Source of the DNA: Harriotta raleighana
Lineage: Eukaryota
Length of the DNA: 64,000 bases
Direction of reading: 5' to 3'
Assembly: GCA_050575255.1 (NCBI GenBank)
Contig: JBNZDD010013440.1
Location: 209,360-273,359, forward strand
The notes beneath the pieces were generated by a model. It saw nothing but the letters and a program-made list of their open reading frames with translations, had not been told where the DNA came from and did no database searches. This document shows, one piece after another, positions 59,403 through 64,000 of the stretch (the stretch's first letter is position 1; every line of letters starts with the position of its first letter). The position numbers were made by a program, and so were the translations under genes.

Positions 59403-59742
59403 CGTGGATTCCTGTAACTTAAGGGTTATAGCCTCGCAAGTGAGAGGACCTGAGTTTGATTCACGGCAGGGCGAAATGTTGCGCAAGTTTCCTTTACTCC
59501 ACATGCCTGTTTGCCTAGCAGTAAGTAGAAACGCAATTGTAATTGCCTTTCCAATGATAATAATTCTTTCAAATAAAAATTTGATGACTCAATCCTGTTT
59601 GTGGGACAATGCTGTGCGCAATCGTGTGCTGTGTTTTGCCCACAAAATGCAGTCACCACATTTTATGGTATATTCTGTGAAGCGCTTTGAGAAGCCTAAA
59701 TGACATGACAAGGTGCAATATCAAATGCAAGGTTTATTATTC
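59403..59742 (+). mobile_element. Full-length Deu-type SINE variant
   Basis: Degenerate tRNA head, cctagcagtaagtag insert, core and tail. The same variant head lies on the minus strand at ~63565-63690. Confidence 0.78.
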
Positions 59743-59959
59743 TGTTATTACATATAGTGCCTGGAGTGTCTCATCAGAGAAAGAGAATCTCTCCTGTTGC
59801 CAGGCTTCCTATTCTTCCAAGGAAGTATTTTTAAAGGTGGCATTTGATTTTAAAGTATAGGAGATAATTCCCAAATTATATGGTAAAATAGGTGTGACCT
59901 CGAGATGGGGGTGTGGGGTGAATCTAGAAACTTGATCCCAATTCTGATCATGACTAGCC

Positions 59960-60470
59960 TAACATCAAGCTGGAGGGAAGGGGGAGGTGACTAGGCACGG
60001 TCGAAAAAGAGGGTCTTTCATCAAGCATGTTTTGCAGGTTGCCACAATAACAATACTCGTTTGATAAATTGCCTAATCAGATTGTTGAGATGTCTCAGAG
60101 AGTTTCACAGTTTCAGGGCATAGTGGCTGAAAGCACAAAATCCAATGGTGGGGCGGAGGGTACAAGGAACGAGCAGGAGCCCGGTACCAGTCAAATGAAA
60201 GCCCTGGATGGTGGTTTGGGGAGTGAGGAGGTCAGAGAGGTGGGGAGATGTCAGAGAGTGAATGGAGTAGAACACGAGTATGAGGATCTTGGAAGTCGAT
60301 CCATTCAGTGATGGGGAGCCAGTGGAGCCTGGGCGGAACTGGTGAGATGGGGGTATGGAGTTTGGTAAAGTGTGACTGTGTATTTTGTGGATGAAATGTG
60401 GCAGTCAATTGTGTATAGTAGTGTCCCACAAACTGTTGTGGATCGAGTGACCAAATTATTATTATTATTT
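59960..60470 (-). mobile_element. Decayed L2 fragment adjoining a SINE core
   Basis: LHWLPITEWIDF remnant; SINE core at 60375-60470. Confidence 0.65.
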
Positions 60471-60619
60471 GGACAACTACCAGGTTTTGTAACTACTCCA
60501 TCTAGTGGGCATTATACAGCAGAACTATCAGAAACAATGGATCACATATGATCAACAACAACTCGTATTTATACAGCATCCTTCACACTGAGTAGCTTGC
60601 GGAGCACTTGATCAACTTG

Positions 60620-61062
60620 CTTCACTCCCACCCTCTCCCCATCCCCCAAAGGATCGAATTCAAGATCCTCGTCCTCACCTTCAAGGCCATTCATGGCCTT
60701 GTCCCCGCCTACCTCTCTGACCTGCTGTCTCCCTAATCCGCCCCTCCATACAGCAGACTCAGGCTTGTTCCGCATCCACCGCCCTAACCGGTGGCTGGGC
60801 TTTCAGCCTCTCTGCTCCCACACTCTCTGCTCCATCCTGCAGCCCCTTCGCCTTGCTTCCTCTCCTTCCTCCTTCAAGGCTGGTCTCAAGACCTTCCTCT
60901 TGGTCCGCACCTTCGGCACTCCCACTAACTCTTTCCCCTCTCCTTCCCCCTACCCCAACCCCGCCCCCCGCCTGGGTCCCGACCTGACTGTTCAGCGCTT
61001 TGGGACGTCCTCTCGATGTGAAAGGCGTTTTAAAAGTGCAATTTTGTTGTTGTTTTGTTGTT
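60620..61062 (+). mobile_element. L2-type LINE 3' fragment
   Basis: Body and tail cagcgctttgggacgtcctctcgatgtgaaaggcg...(GTT)n. Confidence 0.85.
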
Positions 61063-64000
61063 CATTTCTTTACTGGGACAATGGGGCCCGAGTGATAAAC
61101 GGAGTGAGAAGGGGAAAAATGTAAAGTAATAAAATAATAATAAAATCACAATTCATTATACCCAGAGGTAAGCTTATACTGTGTTTATGGAAGTGGTAGA
61201 TCTATAATAATAATCCTTGCATTTGCCAGCTCAGATACTGATGGAATCTGCCATTTTTGATTTCCAAATCCTATGTTGATATGGCCAATCAATATTCCAA
61301 GATCGATTCAGGCAAATCTGTAACAAGAGTAGGTAACAGCTGGCCACAAGGATTGTAAGCAAGCATAATGTAAAAAAAGAGCAATTTTAGGAGTTTTTTC
61401 CATTGGCATCAATGAGGTTTATTCCTTGTCCATGTACCCATTGATTCCTCAGCAGTTTTCAGAGGAAAGGAACATGAAAGCCCGAGAGATGTACATTGAG
61501 CTTTGAAATCCAACATCTTAAATTCTCACCTTTACTAAAGAAATTTATTAGCTAAACCCTCAATACCAGCAAACTGTATTTGATGAGTTATTCAGGATAG
61601 TCTGTTCCTCATCCATCATGCCAGAGTAATATGTGATGTATTTAACTGCACTTTCTGAGCTGAGAACACAGCACCACAGTTTATACTGTATTATTGTTGC
61701 TGAAGGCCACAAACTAACGCCTCATCAACAAACGCCTTGGTTTCTATTTTGTGTAATCATTTTTGAAACCAAGTTTCACTTTTGTTGGGGAAAAGCACAG
61801 CACAGTGGATTCCATTTCCAAAACATTTGATTCATCTGCACATGAAAATATTTCTGATCGTTGACACTGACTTTGCTGTTGGGATACACTTCCATTCAGC
61901 AAGTGTAGCCTATTTATAGGATGTCCACAAAGTCCTATTACCCCCATAATTTATTCTAACAACTATAAACGTGTGGAAGAATGATATTTGTATTAAGTAC
62001 AAGTGTTCTAACTGTATTTAGACGTCCAGAAGATTGGTGTGGGTGCCATAATTTTCATGGCAGATATTGATCTATCACCATCTGTGGTGCCACATCTACC
62101 ATAAGACGATGGAGTGACGAGGCCAAAAGCATTTCTGACAGCTTGTTTCAGTTTCATAGTCTCAAAAACGCTGTTTTCTAAGAGGGAAAGAGGACTTTGT
62201 GGATACCCTATACAATGAGTTAAGCAGCACAGTTGGGACCTTCTGGTCTATATGACTCAAATTTTTCAGTGCCTTGGCACGTCCTCCTGACGTGAAAGGC
62301 ACTATACAAATGTAATTTTGTTGTTGTATTCCACCAATGCAAAACTTTCCTAACTGAGCCACGAGGGAAGCCGTGCTATTGCCTTAACCAAATCAGTTTC
62401 CAAAATGGTTTGATGTTGATACGACAGCCCCTTTGCCATGCGAATTGCAGCGGTTTTAAATTAACTGATGAACATCTTACAAAATTACTTGTTCATTATG
62501 TATCTTAGTGATCCCCAAAATAGTCACTTATTACAATTGTGAGTTACTAAGAATTCCGCAATGCATGAAGTGTCAAGTCAATGTCATATTCAAACTTGCA
62601 GTCCTCAAAGCAGTAGTGTCCAGAAAACAGTGTCACATTTCTTGTTAAGCTTTTTATTTGAAGGAAATTCAAGATGTAAAATCAATGTCGTGGCTCTATT
62701 TTTTAAATTAATAAATGAGCACCATTTCCATAAGATACCTCTGCAGCTAAGTCAGTCACAAGAGATCTTGTAATCCACAGAGGATGCTCAGTCGAAGCAA
62801 CAGCTCACCAGAGGGAGACAGGAAAAAGACAGCAGTAAACAATGCAAAGGTAGTTTTTCTATTTCCAGACAAACCACACAAACACGGCAGAATATCCCAT
62901 CACTGAGGACTATAGTGCAATATTCAGAAGATGAAAGCATCCTATTGTGAAGTAGAAATGAAGAAGGTTCAAGCCAGCATGAGATCACATACTACAGGCT
63001 CTGGTAATGTTATGTTGTGCAGTTGAATGATCAGCAGTCCCACTCCTAATAAACCATTGACCCCCCTCCCACTCTCCAATCAAGCAGTGACCCATGGGGC
63101 AGTCAGGAAGCAGCTCACTCCATGAACATTCGGTTGAGTCAATCTGAAGGTTAGTCAATCTTTGATCAGTCGTGCATTTTCAGTTGCTTTTTTCGTGATC
63201 GATTGAATGCCATAAATCAAGAAATATTCAATCAAGAAAATCTATTTTGTTGGCCAACCATAAACGTCAACCATCACTGGTTTATATGCTTTATTCTCTT
63301 CAATTTTCTCTTATCGGCAGCCCCACAAGCAACTTAGGGAGCCGGAAGGGTTGGGATCAGGAAAGGATGGAGGGTGACCAGAGGAAGGTCTTGAGACGTA
63401 TCTTGACGGAAGCAAGGGAGAGAGTGAGGTGAAGAGACTTGTGGGATCCAATGTGTGAAGAGGCTAGAGGCCTGACCATTGATGGTTGGGGACATTGATA
63501 TTCAGGTAGCAGGTCACAGAGACATGACCTGGAGAGCCTTGAAGGTGAGTTCAAGCCAGGTTCCTATTTACTGCTAGGTAAACAAAGGCATGTGGAGTAA
63601 CGAAACTTGCCCAATGATTTATCCTGCCTGGGAATCAAACCAAGCTCCTTGCCTGCAAGAGGATTGCTCTTCGCAGATACAGGATTCCGCATGTACTCTC
63701 CGCACCCTGCAAGAAGATTTGATATGTTGAACACTCCATAGCAACACTGAAAACTATTTTGTTTGAAAAAAAAAAAAAATTGAATTGTCACTTTAGACAA
63801 TACACTGTTGGATAGAAAAACTACCACAACAATCAGTTTGCTGGATATAGTTATTTTAATAAATTACTATGAAGTTTGTTTATCTGTACATTTTATACAC
63901 TTCCAGATGAGGCACATTTGAAGAAAGTGGTAATGTAGCTGTGAAACAGGACAAACACCAATGCCTCGGTGCCAAGTCCTCTCGAATTTGTGAATTGCTA

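Noticed and set aside
54400-64000. Downstream neighbour gene (MFSD14A expected from human synteny)
   Set aside because: No recognisable exons found by eye on either strand.

Overview
Eukaryotic (vertebrate) genomic DNA. The repeat content suggests a cartilaginous fish, possibly a chimaera (inference from L2, Deu-type SINE, AmnSINE2-like and Penelope-type repeats recalled from memory). The window holds one complete protein-coding gene: SASS6 (centriolar cartwheel protein SAS-6) on the + strand. It has 17 coding exons from ATG 13913 to TGA 52240, spliced by hand to about 662 aa with consistent phases, and a poly(A) signal at 53646. The gene starts in a CpG island (~12.3-14.05 kb). The rest of the window is introns and intergenic DNA dense in L2/CR1 LINE fragments, tRNA-derived SINEs and Tc1/mariner-type MITEs. 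Three duplications joined at a single N look like assembly overlaps. Most ORF-track entries are spurious or repeat-derived. Main leads: (1) an ~32-bp-period array of half-CRE plus RFX half-site motifs upstream of SASS6; (2) Penelope-type repeats carrying hammerhead ribozyme cores in intron 1; (3) a ~440-bp fold-back palindrome in intron 1; (4) a composite retroposon built from ~145-bp tandem units, found at two loci; (5) a self-nested MITE; (6) apparent absence of the SAS-6 KEN degron. No database search was run, so repeat family names are from recall.
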